From: Owenia fusiformis
Taxonomy: Eukaryota
DNA: 64,000 nucleotides
Reading direction: 5' to 3'
Assembly (NCBI GenBank): GCA_903813345.2
Contig: CAIIXF020000001.1
Coordinates: 22,754,001-22,818,000, forward strand
Position 1 is the stretch's first letter; each line of letters opens with the position of its first letter. Positions 52,801 to 64,000 of the stretch are shown piece after piece. Both the position numbers and the translations under genes were made by a program. The notes below the pieces were generated by a model that did no database searches, was not told where the DNA came from, and worked only from the letters and a program-made list of their open reading frames with translations.

Positions 52801-55800
52801 AGATGTAAAATCTTTTCGAATCAGAGACCTATAAGTTATGGTCTCTGATTGAGCGTTTCTGTTTTCTCCAAGTAATTGTACATGTTGCTATTAATATATG
52901 CTGAAGAAAACGATTCATGGATGCTCACAATCATCCTGTTATTGGTTGATTCAGTCTCTTCAACAAAGAAGTAGAAGGTGACTTAGATTGTTTTTGAGTC
53001 TCTAGACTAGGCCTATCCTTCTAGCCATATTAGCCAACAACTGAACAACACAAGTACTTATTCATATAAGAAGTGTTGTAAGCGTTGACAAATGACAATG
53101 TCATGAACTTGTCATTTCTGACTGAAATCTTTTTTTCTCAGGAATCATTTCTGAATACTCCTATTTATACTCTATTCCTGGAATATTAACATTCAGAATT
53201 GAGTTGGCGGAAGTACCTTCGACATAGGTTACTTTCTCCAGATGCTTCTCATAAAGCATTCAACTCAGAGTTAATTGTTTGAGGAATTAAGATTACAGTC
53301 GAGGTTTTTTGAAAACTTAAACATTTGGCGGTTTTCAGTTTACCAGATAAAGTAAGGTTATGTCTAAAACATCACCTCCGTGAAGGTTTTGTTTCCTTTA
53401 TTTTACTTGGCCTTGGCAGCTTTTGAAGTCAAAAGTTGATTTTTGAAGTCTAAGATTACTTTTCAGATCTCTTGTAAGTCAGTTCAAGAGACTGTAAATC
53501 AAATTCTGTGCTTTCCCCTACAACCTTGGGTGTTATTCCAAAGGTTTTATTTTGTGATGAGGGGAAGTAGTTATACTTACTTATAACAAGTCCCTATATC
53601 TGTATTCCAGACCATGGGCCTGTTTGCTACCACATCACACACAGAATGAATATTTGTTTATTTTGACCTTGTTCAGGTTGCTCAGAGTATAGTCAAAGTG
53701 ACTTTTAAACACGGTGTTTTACTCAGTGTTTTACTGAGCCAGTCTCAGTCGTGACAGTATCATCTTCAACAGGTTCACAGTCGTGCCGTGCTTCTGTGTA
53801 AACTTTTGTGTCTTAAATAGCCACACCTTCACTTTAAGTCATGGTATCATCAGTGTTCAGTTCAATCACTATTTGAGAGATCTTACATGTTGTTTAGAGG
53901 TTTATGTTTTTTCACCATGGAATCATTGTTACCATGTTTCCTTGGTGGTAGAACCTCAACACATCATTTAGTGGTACTGAAGTACTATATACTCGAGAGC
54001 TAGTGTACTCTTTGTTATAGACATGGTTTCGTTTGTCTTGACATGAGCTCTTCCAAACAAGAGATTCAGACTTACCTTTTTACGCATTGGTCAATTAATA
54101 TTAACAGTGGCAATTTTTTCACACATATGTCTTGTCGTGATCAAATTTTGAACAAGTTATTTTTGTAACAGTCTCATGATTTTAAGAATCACAGACATCC
54201 TCTGCTGACTGTTATACATATGATCTTTAACGGAAATCTCAGTTTTCCGTGTGGTTTTGGAGATATTTCTATACGAATTATCTTCAACTCCATCTATACT
54301 TTATCAAATAGTTTCATTTTTGAGACAGTACATTTTTTAAGATGTTGTTCTGAGTAGAACACTGAGTTAAGGAATCGTTCTGCCCTGAGACTAGTAATGT
54401 CACTACCCCCTTAATAGGACAAATATACATCTAAGGTTTATGATGTCAAGATTCCAAGTAATTAACAAGGCATTTTGGTGCCCTGTCACAGGAATGTTAT
54501 TCTCAGGAACCACATAGTCATCGGTTCGATCCCTATTAGCTACTGTAGTTTAGTGCTGTTTGCCTATTCTATTTGGCAATTGAATAAGGCTTTTAACGTT
54601 GCTTTATTTTCCTCTGTACCATTCCCATTTGAGGCAGATGGTGGTCAACCTCTTGAGGTGTTTAACAGAGGATTTCAATGCGAGAATAATTCTCGTTATA
54701 TTTATACATGTTATATGGGAACGGTTCTTGAACACTTACTAGGTAGATGAAAGTTGCCCAAGAACATTTTTGTGTTCAAAGATGCAAATCATAACGTAGT
54801 TGTCATATCCACGTTGCTTGACAGCTAGACTTCCTTCAAAATCAGGGTTCATTTTCAACAAGAGAATGTGAAACACCTGTAGATTTTAAGGATGAGAAGC
54901 GTGATGGGGTTTTTAACACCTATATTGCAAGAAAGCAATATTGTGACATCTGACACTACAGTTCAATTGATGTGTAATACTATTAACTATTAGACATCAA
55001 GACGTCTCACTTGAATTGTTTGTTGTTTCTGATTCAAAGATTATTGATGTTTAGAACATCATTGTCTTATTAATGTGAGTTTGCATTCTAATGAGTTTAT
55101 TTACTCATATTTTAGTGATAGTATACATGTTTGTTTATGACTAAACAGCAATATTAGAAGATACATGAAACGTATATCTTCCCCAGCAACTTTGTGGATA
55201 AATTGCAGGTGTTTCTTACCAAGAGACGCAGAGTTTTTATCACACTATATATACGATAAGACTAGAATGCTACTGAATTACTTGGTAGTCGTCTTATTTA
55301 CCTGTAATTGTTGTAAATCGAACTCTCTAATGATATTTCTATCATGATATCGTACAAGATTATGCTTTACTAGTCTAGTAAATTTTCTGATGTCAGCATA
55401 TATCAGAGGAGGGTTTTCAGAACCAGTTCCTAAATGATCTTGTCCTGATAACTTCTTCTAGAGTCGAATGATTCTTTAAGGTTTTGAGTTAGTGTTGTGA
55501 ATCAGTTGAACTTATTCACTCTTAACCATTATAATCCCTTTCTTGGGTTTGTACCAAGATCTAGGATTGTATTCAGCAGGTATCATTTAGACATGTTTGG
55601 ATACATGACTTTCTAATTAACCGATTTTTTCAGAAAGTGTTCGGTAATATGCAAGTTTTATTGTTGAATTGTAAACAACCAAGCATACTCGACTAATAAG
55701 GAGGGTGTACATGGGTTCTTCAATGATTGAACATGTGATCCTAATGGCAATGAGTAAATGATGAATCTCTACGTAGTTTATCATTCAGACACAGCTTAGC

Positions 55801-57025
55801 CTTTAAGGGTTACAATGCTTTGCAGAAGCACTTATACCAGATGTTTAATATTTAAAAATGTAATTTGGGATTTCGGAGTTATCACAATCCCAAGAATATT
55901 TAAACAACTGGTGTTCAAAGTTCGAATATCATAAAGAGTCCAACATATGGTAACCGATGTAGTACTTTGTCTCACCTTTACTCAAAAGAGAGAACGAAAA
56001 GTTTGCATTGATTTGAAGAACCAGATACATTTAAGGAACTTCAATAAAATTCCTTTAGATCTTTGGATCAAGCAATTATTAGCTGTTATCTATACATGTA
56101 CAAGGTATACAGAAGTATACACATGTAGCTGTTAAAGAAGGGTCGAAAACGTTATGTCAAGACCAGTAACTACTTCTTCAATCTTTGTTTCTAGAAGTCG
56201 AGTGGAAGATATGTTTAAAGCAGGCACAATGGGCAGCTTTATTTACTTCCAAGTCATGTATGTAAGTCTAGGACTATGCAAGAAGATATTCTGACATTTT
56301 TCTTAACTTTATGGCCAATCAGAATGTCAGAATTTGTACTGTGGTATAAGTTCGTTGTTGACCTTTGGTGGTTGAATTACCCCGCCATAGATAGACGTCC
56401 GTTTTTTATCATAGTGGCCAATTGAGTCATATATGAATTAATACTCAGTAGTTTTTAGCATAGTGAATCTGAATAATTAGTTTTGTTAAGTGTTTAACAC
56501 AGTTTAAACATTTCACCCCAGAACTTGTATTTGGTTACTAAGTTCCTTAGTCCCGAAGGCTTTAGGATGTAAAGTTGGGTTACCTAAAGTTGTAGGGTTG
56601 ATCAATTTGTAGTTTGTTGCAAATTTATTCTATTCCCGTGGTCTTTCTGCTGTTTAACCCACCGCCTACTTGGCTGGGATTCAGCACATAGTGGCAATAT
56701 TAGTGTAAGTAGTTAAGGTTTGCGTAGTAAAATCTTAAAATTTAAAGTAATTTTAGTTTTTATTAGTAAACCATACTTACCTAATATTGCCACTACAAAT
56801 ATGTCCCTCCCTCCTCCTCCGCTTACAGCAGAATGTTCATAATTGTTATAGCGGAATAATTGAGGAATATCCGGGCATTTGTGCGGGGGTGCACAGTGTA
56901 ATATGCTCAAGAAATTCCCGGGAAGTTGGCCATAGATAGATTCAATGGTGGATGTTAGCACATAGTGGCAATATTAGGTAAGCATGGTTTACTAATAAAA
57001 ACTAAAATTACTTTAAATTTTAAGA
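49818..57025 (+). mobile_element. DIRS1-type tyrosine-recombinase retrotransposon with decayed coding region
   Basis: Left ITR 49818-49976, ICR 56683-56793, right ITR 56851-57025. Relics: RT-like LRDL..FTMESL (~53870-53930); YR-like LWIKQLLAVIY (~56060) and RPVTTSSIFVSRSRVEDMFKAGT (~56160). Confidence 0.88.
50875..52301. mobile_element. PIF/Harbinger-like MITE nested in the DIRS
   Basis: TAA|tggtacgttcacaccaacggcg ... cgccgttggtgtgaacgtacct|TAA. Long internal inverted arms; ~165 bp tandem duplication in the left arm. Confidence 0.85.
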
Positions 57026-58857
57026 GTTTAATCAATAAAACATTGTACAATGAACAACAAAATTCGGAAACGAGTACTATAGATTGGCTTTCGGACCACT
57101 GAACAGAGTGACCTAGATAATAGCGACGCTTCTTCTTTGGTCTACTGCTCAGTTATTTGTTGGTTTTCAACGTAACTCTATGATGTAATTTGATGATGAA
57201 TACTTTTTTTCCGTTGTTGCATCGATGATGCAGTTTGTAGTGCGGTAAGATTGGCATGAAAGTATTGAAAGTCGAATGGAATTGTTTTTTCCAATATGGC
57301 GAATAGTCAACTGATCATGTGACCTTCTCTTCCGGAATATTTTCTCACTTTTCAATCATCGTTTTCACCACGCTATGAATCAATACAATGAAAAAAATAG
57401 CTGTTATATTAAGATTAATAAGAGATCAATCGTTTCTAATAATTTTTTCTGTACCCCCGTACGGGAATATGAACGAATATATCGTTTGAAAAATAGGTGT
57501 TAAAATCCCCATGTTAAACCTATGAGGGAAAACAAGGAAGTATAAATTTGTTCCTCCGCGAACTGCATCATGGGAAATATTTTGACCTTATAAGGAAAGA
57601 TTTTCGCGTCTCCTCTTTTGAAGAGGGAACAGCGATTTCGAGAATTAGTGACAATTCCGATGATGATGAATATGTCACTTGTAATGATACAAATGATGAC
57701 GAGACTTGTAGTATCCATTTCGTAAGAAAGGCGGATGGAGCTAGGCTGGCAACCTCTCTTGACCTTGATGTGACAAACGAGTTCCATGTCAAGGACAATG
57801 CTACAGAGTCAAATGATATATTGTATAACAAGTGTGATCTGCAGAGTGATTCAGATTCCAATATGATATACGTTTCAGCTAAAGGTTGAATACTCAAAAC
57901 AAACTAGTGTTATTTATTACATATTTTTACAGTCTTTCAACAGTGCTAAATGATGTTGGCTAGCTATTTGTTAAAGGTTAAAAATGTTGGAAAATTATCT
58001 TTACATGGATAAAGAACATATGGTTCATTTTTAAACAACTATAACTTATTCTTATTTTTGACCTGGACTAAAGTCTAAAAGCCTACATGTAGTCAAGGCT
58101 TTACCAGAAACTCTCATAGCTGAAATTGGAAGATATTTTGGAATTCCTGTCTAGTTATTTATTCGATAATATATGACTTTTTTTGGCAAAACATTTTAGA
58201 GGAATCATTTTAATTGGAGCACCTAGCTGACGAATTAGCGGGTCCACATTACAGAATTTTTCTAAAATGATATATTTGGGTCTAGAGCTTTATAATATTT
58301 ATGGGTGTGTGAAATATTTGTTGAGGAATGAACTTGAATGCTTGATGATGGTGGGGGAGAAAGTAAACAGATAAGGGAGAACGAAACAATTTTAATTATA
58401 TAGCCAGGTAAAGTCCGGAATGGTAGGGGCTGGCTGACCCTTGGGGCCATGATGATCTGGCCGGAAGTAAGTCCACGACGTCATGTGCTACCCTTTACCT
58501 GGGCTAGTATGTAAGACCATGGCAATGAATGAGATATGATATTAGTGCGTATATGATATAAGGTGCGTAGTGCACTCATTTGTGGGGCTCTAGACTTGAC
58601 TATTTAAAATTCAATGACTTTCTTGACTAAACTGATCACTTGGTCAAGGGATCATTTGACATCCTTTGAAGTAAAAATGTTATGTTTATCTGAGAGTAGG
58701 AACAATATTTTCTTTTAAACCTTTCTTTATCTTGGCTACAAGTATTGTTTTATAACACTTTGGCTAGAAGGCGGCCATTTTGAAAAGTGAGTAACCATTT
58801 TTGAATGGTATAATGGTGAACTTTGAATTTTGATTTTGTAAAATTGCAGTCATGTTA

Positions 58858-58903
58858 GTTCGATAGGATTTGCTACGCTTTTGGCGTTGCTGTTGTTTAG
58901 TTT
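58858..58903 (+). mobile_element. Second Helentron/HINE 3' terminus
   Basis: gttcgataggatttgctacgcttttggcgttgctgttgtttagttt, nearly the same as 21689-21732. Confidence 0.6.
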
Positions 58904-59467
58904 ATTAAAACAAATGAGATACAAACACAACTGATATTAAAATTTAATTGAGACTGAAAGAAGTAATGTAATATAAGTGATTATAAGTAAGCAGAAAATA
59001 ATAGAAATGAAGTTGTTGAAATTAAGTTAAGTGAAGAAAATGCTTCTTTGAACTAGGCAGGAAGTAGGTTAATTGGTATTTTGGTAATTTATGATGAACT
59101 AGCATTTCATTTTGGAACCTTGAACTGTTGTAGGTTTTGAGGCTTGTGTCGTTGTAAGAGTTATGTTTAGTGGAAGGAAGGGATTTCTGAATATATTACT
59201 AGTAGTGGCTGTTTATGTGTGATATTGATGTGACATACCACGTTACAATCCTATTATGACGCATGTGTTATGAAAAAATACAAAATTATGATTAAAACAG
59301 TATGCCCAGATAAATAAGATCATATTATCTACCATAGATGGCACTATATGTGTTAAAATATCGATTACCTATCTTTTCGGCGAAAGCCATTGTTTTTTTA
59401 ATTTTCATGGATAAATGTTCTATGTATTGTTATATGTGGGATTTTGTTTGTCTTTGAGGGGGGTGAG

Positions 59468-59642
59468 TGTAGCACTTTATAGCACTTGTATTTCCATGTA
59501 TGTACATGCTGTCTGCTTACGTCATTGCTTTAGTGGCTAAAAGTGTGTCTAAATATATTCTACTTTAGTTCTCTGCTATGCGTCTTAGGTTCAACACCTC
59601 AGACGCATAGTACAGATTTCATAAATATATATCATCATTAAA
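59468..59642 (+). mobile_element. LTR-like repeat, copy 2 (3' truncated), preceded by a polypurine tract
   Basis: gaggggggtgag|TGTAGcac...; matches copy 1 up to attaaa. Confidence 0.7.
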
Positions 59643-60368
59643 TATAAGTCTGGGATTCAGAATTAATAATTACCATGATGACAATTAATAATAGAACTTA
59701 TAAACTTCTTCTACAATTGACAACAGTGGTAGATATCGTTATGAACTGTTGTGCCCACGTATAATATATGAACAAATGATCATATCCAAGAGTTTCAATG
59801 CCATACAAGTCGGATTAAGTTCAAATATCATAGCATTACGTCAACTGTAAGTAGTTTAATTCGATGAAAACAAAAACTATCGAAATCGACACTTCCCGTC
59901 CGCCATCTTTGATGCGAAGCTGACGGCCGTTACCTTCGCTTGATAGTGGCCGGTGATATTACGTCGTGTCAAATCGTAGAAATTAATACGCCGCGGAAGG
60001 ATGTATGAGTTGTTCGACGTTCTAATCGTATATAAACCACATGAATTCCTTAGTTTGAACAAGGGCAAAAGACTAGAGTTCTTGGCATCAACTGTCAACT
60101 TGCATTTTGCTCTATCGCTAAGGAACGAGGTAAGTAATCATTTTGGTTTGATTCGTATCAGTTATTGAATGTTTATATAGATTGATCATTTTGGTTACAT
60201 TGGCATTCATAATATAAATAGTTGTCACAATCTGTGTATATGATACACGTATTTTATTAGTATTGCATAATACTACCAAGTGGACTGAATGGTGGACTAA
60301 TTAAAGCAAACTTTTGATTTTTTTAGAAAATATTTTAAATGAAAGATCTTTCAATTTCCTAACAAATA

Positions 60369-61013
60369 GGTAGAGATTAAAAGGTGGATTGGATCGAGTG
60401 GATTGGATTCATGTAAAAAGTGGATTGGATCGGGAATCTTCAAAATGTGGAATTTCTTATAAAAAAATTTCTGTTGATCTCCCTCTAAACAATTTCCCTC
60501 TACAGTATTACAGGTCCCTTTTGAGAAATCAGAACAAAGCAATGACAAATACATACTCCAATTAGTTCATGGACACTCTTAAATATTTAACCGCTTTCCC
60601 TTGTAAATCAACTTTTGTAAGACATAGATCTTTAGAAAAAGAAAACCTGTCATTCAAATTAATGTGTGAATGTTCACAAAATATTTCTGGTATGCTCAGT
60701 TTGGATTGAAAACAGATGATATGGATCTTCAAATCATTCTGCCTTATGATTTATGAAGTGTGTCAAATTACACTTGGAATGAATAAGATCGTGTATCAGA
60801 AAGCGGGTACCAGAGGTCATCCTTCTAGCCCACCCAAGCAAAATAATATTACATCTATTATTTGACATTGTGCAAGTGAAGAGAGCACCAATCTTCCTAA
60901 AGGGAGATCAATATAATTTTTAAAGGAAAATCCATATTTTGAAGATAACCAATCCAATCCACCTTTTACATGAATCCAATCCACTCGATCCAATCCACCT
61001 TTTAATCTTTACC
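60369..61013. mobile_element. Merlin-like MITE
   Basis: AACAAATA|ggtagagattaaaaggtggattgg ... ccaatccaccttttaatctttacc|AACAAATA: 8 bp TSD, GG..CC termini, internally repetitive TIR. Confidence 0.8.
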
Positions 61014-62408
61014 AACAAATAAGACCAGAAAAACAAAAAAAGCAAAAGTACCTCCATATAACACCTTATTTCGGACATTTTTATGGTGCAAAATTACCAT
61101 TCGTAATCAATGATTCCCGGCCCTCTGAAGTTTGACAAATAAAAATACCTGGTCGTTAATCCATAAATAATCCTTGAAAATTAGTAATATTTGGGGGGAT
61201 TATATGGTGCAATCTTATGGTCAATAAAATGTTTTAAAGTGTATTGATGTTTTTTGGATGAGAAACACAAGCGAAATGCATGAAAAAACTCCCCAGATTC
61301 ATTTCACAAACAACTTGCGGTCCTTTCAACAAATTTTAGAGAATATCACATAGATTCAGAAAAAAGAATAATAAATGGGGTCGCCGCCTTGGTCTTTTTG
61401 CTAGAACCATTCTTGTGGAGCTTTCTAAAGTTTTTTTTCTGATATAGGTCCATGCTATAGTCACATGTACATCTGAAATATGGATGCTATGGTAACGGGC
61501 TCTCGAATCTCTTCTGGCCCATTTTTATGAGTTATGTTAGTACAGTATGTTCTCTCATTGGTAAAATGTATAGATTTTGAACCAGTGAAAGAGCAAGTTG
61601 ATTATAACATAGGCGAAGTCATTAAATGCAGAACTGTCAAACTTCTTTTGTTTCCATGGTTATATGTTAAATTGCACCATATAATCCCAAAACTATTTCT
61701 ATTCTTCCTCTTGTGACCTGTGAAATACACTATGGTACTTTTGATCACATGGTACCGAATGAGCCAATCAAATCACACGATTTCTAATAATAATATAATG
61801 AAATAATTTTTTACTAACTTACGAGAAATAAATATTTTGAATTCTGTCGTCACATTGTTCGGCTTATTTCATATTCAAGTATGGCTCGGTCACTCATCTT
61901 AGAGTCAGTGCATAAGGCTTTGCATCGAACTTAAAATGACTACTGTATCCAGTGATCGATGCTGTTTATTAAGAAACACACAATCTCAGTGTGCATGCAC
62001 CATTTATCAAAAATTACCTATATTTTGACAATATTAAGCCATAACCTATAGCGGGAGATTGAAAGAATCTGTCTGTCACTATAAGTGTCACTATAAATAA
62101 GGTATGAATCCAATGTATGAACATGTGTTAAACTCTTATGAAATAATAAAGGGAATAGTGTTATTTCACTGTTCCCATACTTATTTTGAAATTAAATCAA
62201 CCCAAGAATATGTTTTCAGGTAATTCCAAGAGTGTACCATTTCTTTGCCAAAATTGTGTACTTTTCTTGTAATTATCATTTTTCTGAGGTTTAAGAATAT
62301 ATTCACATTCAATATTCTAACAAAACACACTTACCAAATCAAATATGTGTTGGTTTATTGTTCAAGCCTAGCCATCGATAACGTACAGTGACAAAATATA
62401 CCGTCGTA

Positions 62409-63710
62409 CACTTTAGATGAACTGTGTCACCATTAACTGATTTGAAACAAAAACTTTGATAAAGGTTTGTTGTACGTCTTAAAAATATAATATAAGGAAT
62501 ATATAAAGGATTTCATTTTTAATTTCTTGTGTATTTGCGACCTTTATCTTTCTGATTATGTTTAAAGATTCTCTTTTTTCGTTACTTAAATCTACTCACA
62601 AAATATATCGGTTGGAAAAGGTTGGTTTTTTCACATTACCTTCCCCTGACGCATTGAGTCTTACTTAAGGTAAATGGTGCATGGTGTGTTCCTATTTTGG
62701 GTAAAAAATCACTAGGAAAGAATATAAATTGCAAAAATAGATAATAAAGCCAAAGGTCATGATCACCCTTCGCACACGTCAATGGCAGCCATTTTTCAAA
62801 ATGGCCGTCTACTTGCCAATATGTCAGAAGAGAGTGTGCTATACTTATGAGTATTCACGTATCAAATATGAACAAAATCGCCCTATTTCTTTTTGAGTTA
62901 TAGTGAAAAAGGTAAAAAAACACACGTAAAAAATGGTGGTCATTTTTCAAAGTGGCCGCCTACTCCCAAAATGTAAATAGACAGTTAGCCATGCTTATTG
63001 TATTCACATATCAAATGTGAAAAAAAATTGTTCCACTAATTTTCGAGTGATAGTGAAAAACGTTAAAATGTCTACAAAAATTGTCTTTAGACAATCTACA
63101 TCGCTTAGAGTATTCACATACCAAATATGAAAAAATCACTCCACTACTTTTCAAGTTTCAGCAAGAATCATAAAATAGCGTATAAAGGCCGCCATTTTTC
63201 GAGATGGCTGCAATATGCTTCCTCGATATCTACATTTCTATTTTTATTAATATCCTTTATATTTAATTAATTTCTAAAACATATTGCTATTACAGTTTTA
63301 CATGTTGTGCCTAAATTACTGTAAAATCGGCACTAAAATGGCCGCCGTTTTAAATGAGCGGCCATTTTAAAAATTAGCTTTCGAGCAGAATTTCTACCCC
63401 CATATTGTATATGTGTACAAAATATCAACAAAATCGGGCCAACGGTATTTGGGTTATTGCACTTTAGATGTACGGTGTCACTATTAACTGATTTGAAGCA
63501 AATCCTATGATGTAGGTTTGATGTGCGTTTTAAGAATAATCTGAGGAAAACAAAAGGTTTTTATTTTTAATTTCGTGCGTATTCGCTTCGATAGACTTTT
63601 AGCTTGCTGATTACGTTGAAAGATTTTCGAGCAGTAATTTTTTTTCCGAGTAAATCTACCCAAAAAACCTATCGGTTAAAAAATGTTTGTTTTTCACATT
63701 TCCTTTGATA
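62409..63710. repeat. Diverged ~240 bp direct repeats (62409-62645 and 63460-63710)
   Basis: cactttagatgaactgtgtcaccattaactgatttgaa vs cactttagatgtacggtgtcactattaactgatttgaa. Confidence 0.65.
62780..63460 (-). mobile_element. Helentron/HINE-like element with ~150 bp internal tandem units
   Basis: 63190-63460 is the reverse complement of ~15570-15850; repeated aaaatggccg / gtattcacatatcaaatatga units. Confidence 0.65.
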
Positions 63711-64000
63711 ATTTTTTCCCGTGTCGCCTGAAAGTGTAGATTATTTTGATGAGAATATGTTTGTCTCAAATACAATTTTTAAAATCTAAATTAATTTATG
63801 TACTCATCTTAAAGGTGGAAATAAAGAACCATAAACATAAACATAAAACTACACAATTCAGGATGGTCGAAGATTTGATAAATATTATGTATCGGGTATA
63901 ATTAAAAAATCTGATATGTACGTTGTCTATCCCACTGTACGGTGTCAGTGTTATTGAAATTCATGAGATGTAATATTAAACAATGCAATAATTTTATTAT

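Noticed and set aside
56773-56783. atacttacct resembling the U1 snRNA 5' end
   Set aside because: No U1 body follows. It is part of the DIRS ICR, complementary to the right ITR.
45650-61390. Polinton/Maverick or endogenous virus, given the ~15 kb span between inverted repeats
   Set aside because: No polB, integrase, ATPase or capsid ORFs and no 6 bp TSD seen. Much of the span is nested insertions.

Overview
AT-rich, intron-containing animal DNA, not prokaryotic. The gene and transposon content suggests a marine invertebrate, probably a lophotrochozoan (inference). Host genes: (1) the last three exons of an ER thioredoxin-fold protein with CGHC and a C-terminal HDEL (TXNDC5/ERp46-like); (2) two tandem single-exon class A GPCR genes, each disabled by a different lesion; (3) an intact intronless NAD-dependent SDR resembling bacterial D-erythronate dehydrogenase DenD; (4) pseudogene fragments of a trypsin-like protease and an arginine kinase. 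The rest is a dense, nested set of non-autonomous mobile elements. Many could be delimited by eye from terminal inverted repeats (TIR) and target-site duplications (TSD): Tc1/mariner, pogo-like, hAT, PIF/Harbinger, Kolobok-like, Merlin-like, Transib-like and Academ-like foldbacks, plus Helentron-like pieces. The most striking structure is a ~7.2 kb DIRS1-type retroelement with essentially perfect ITR/ICR termini but a fully decayed coding interior. It sits between LTR-like direct repeats, which lie inside an older inverted-repeat bracket. No database searches were run: superfamily calls rest on termini/TSD rules, and identity figures are estimates by eye. I found no convincing wholly new biological system; the best leads are listed under findings.
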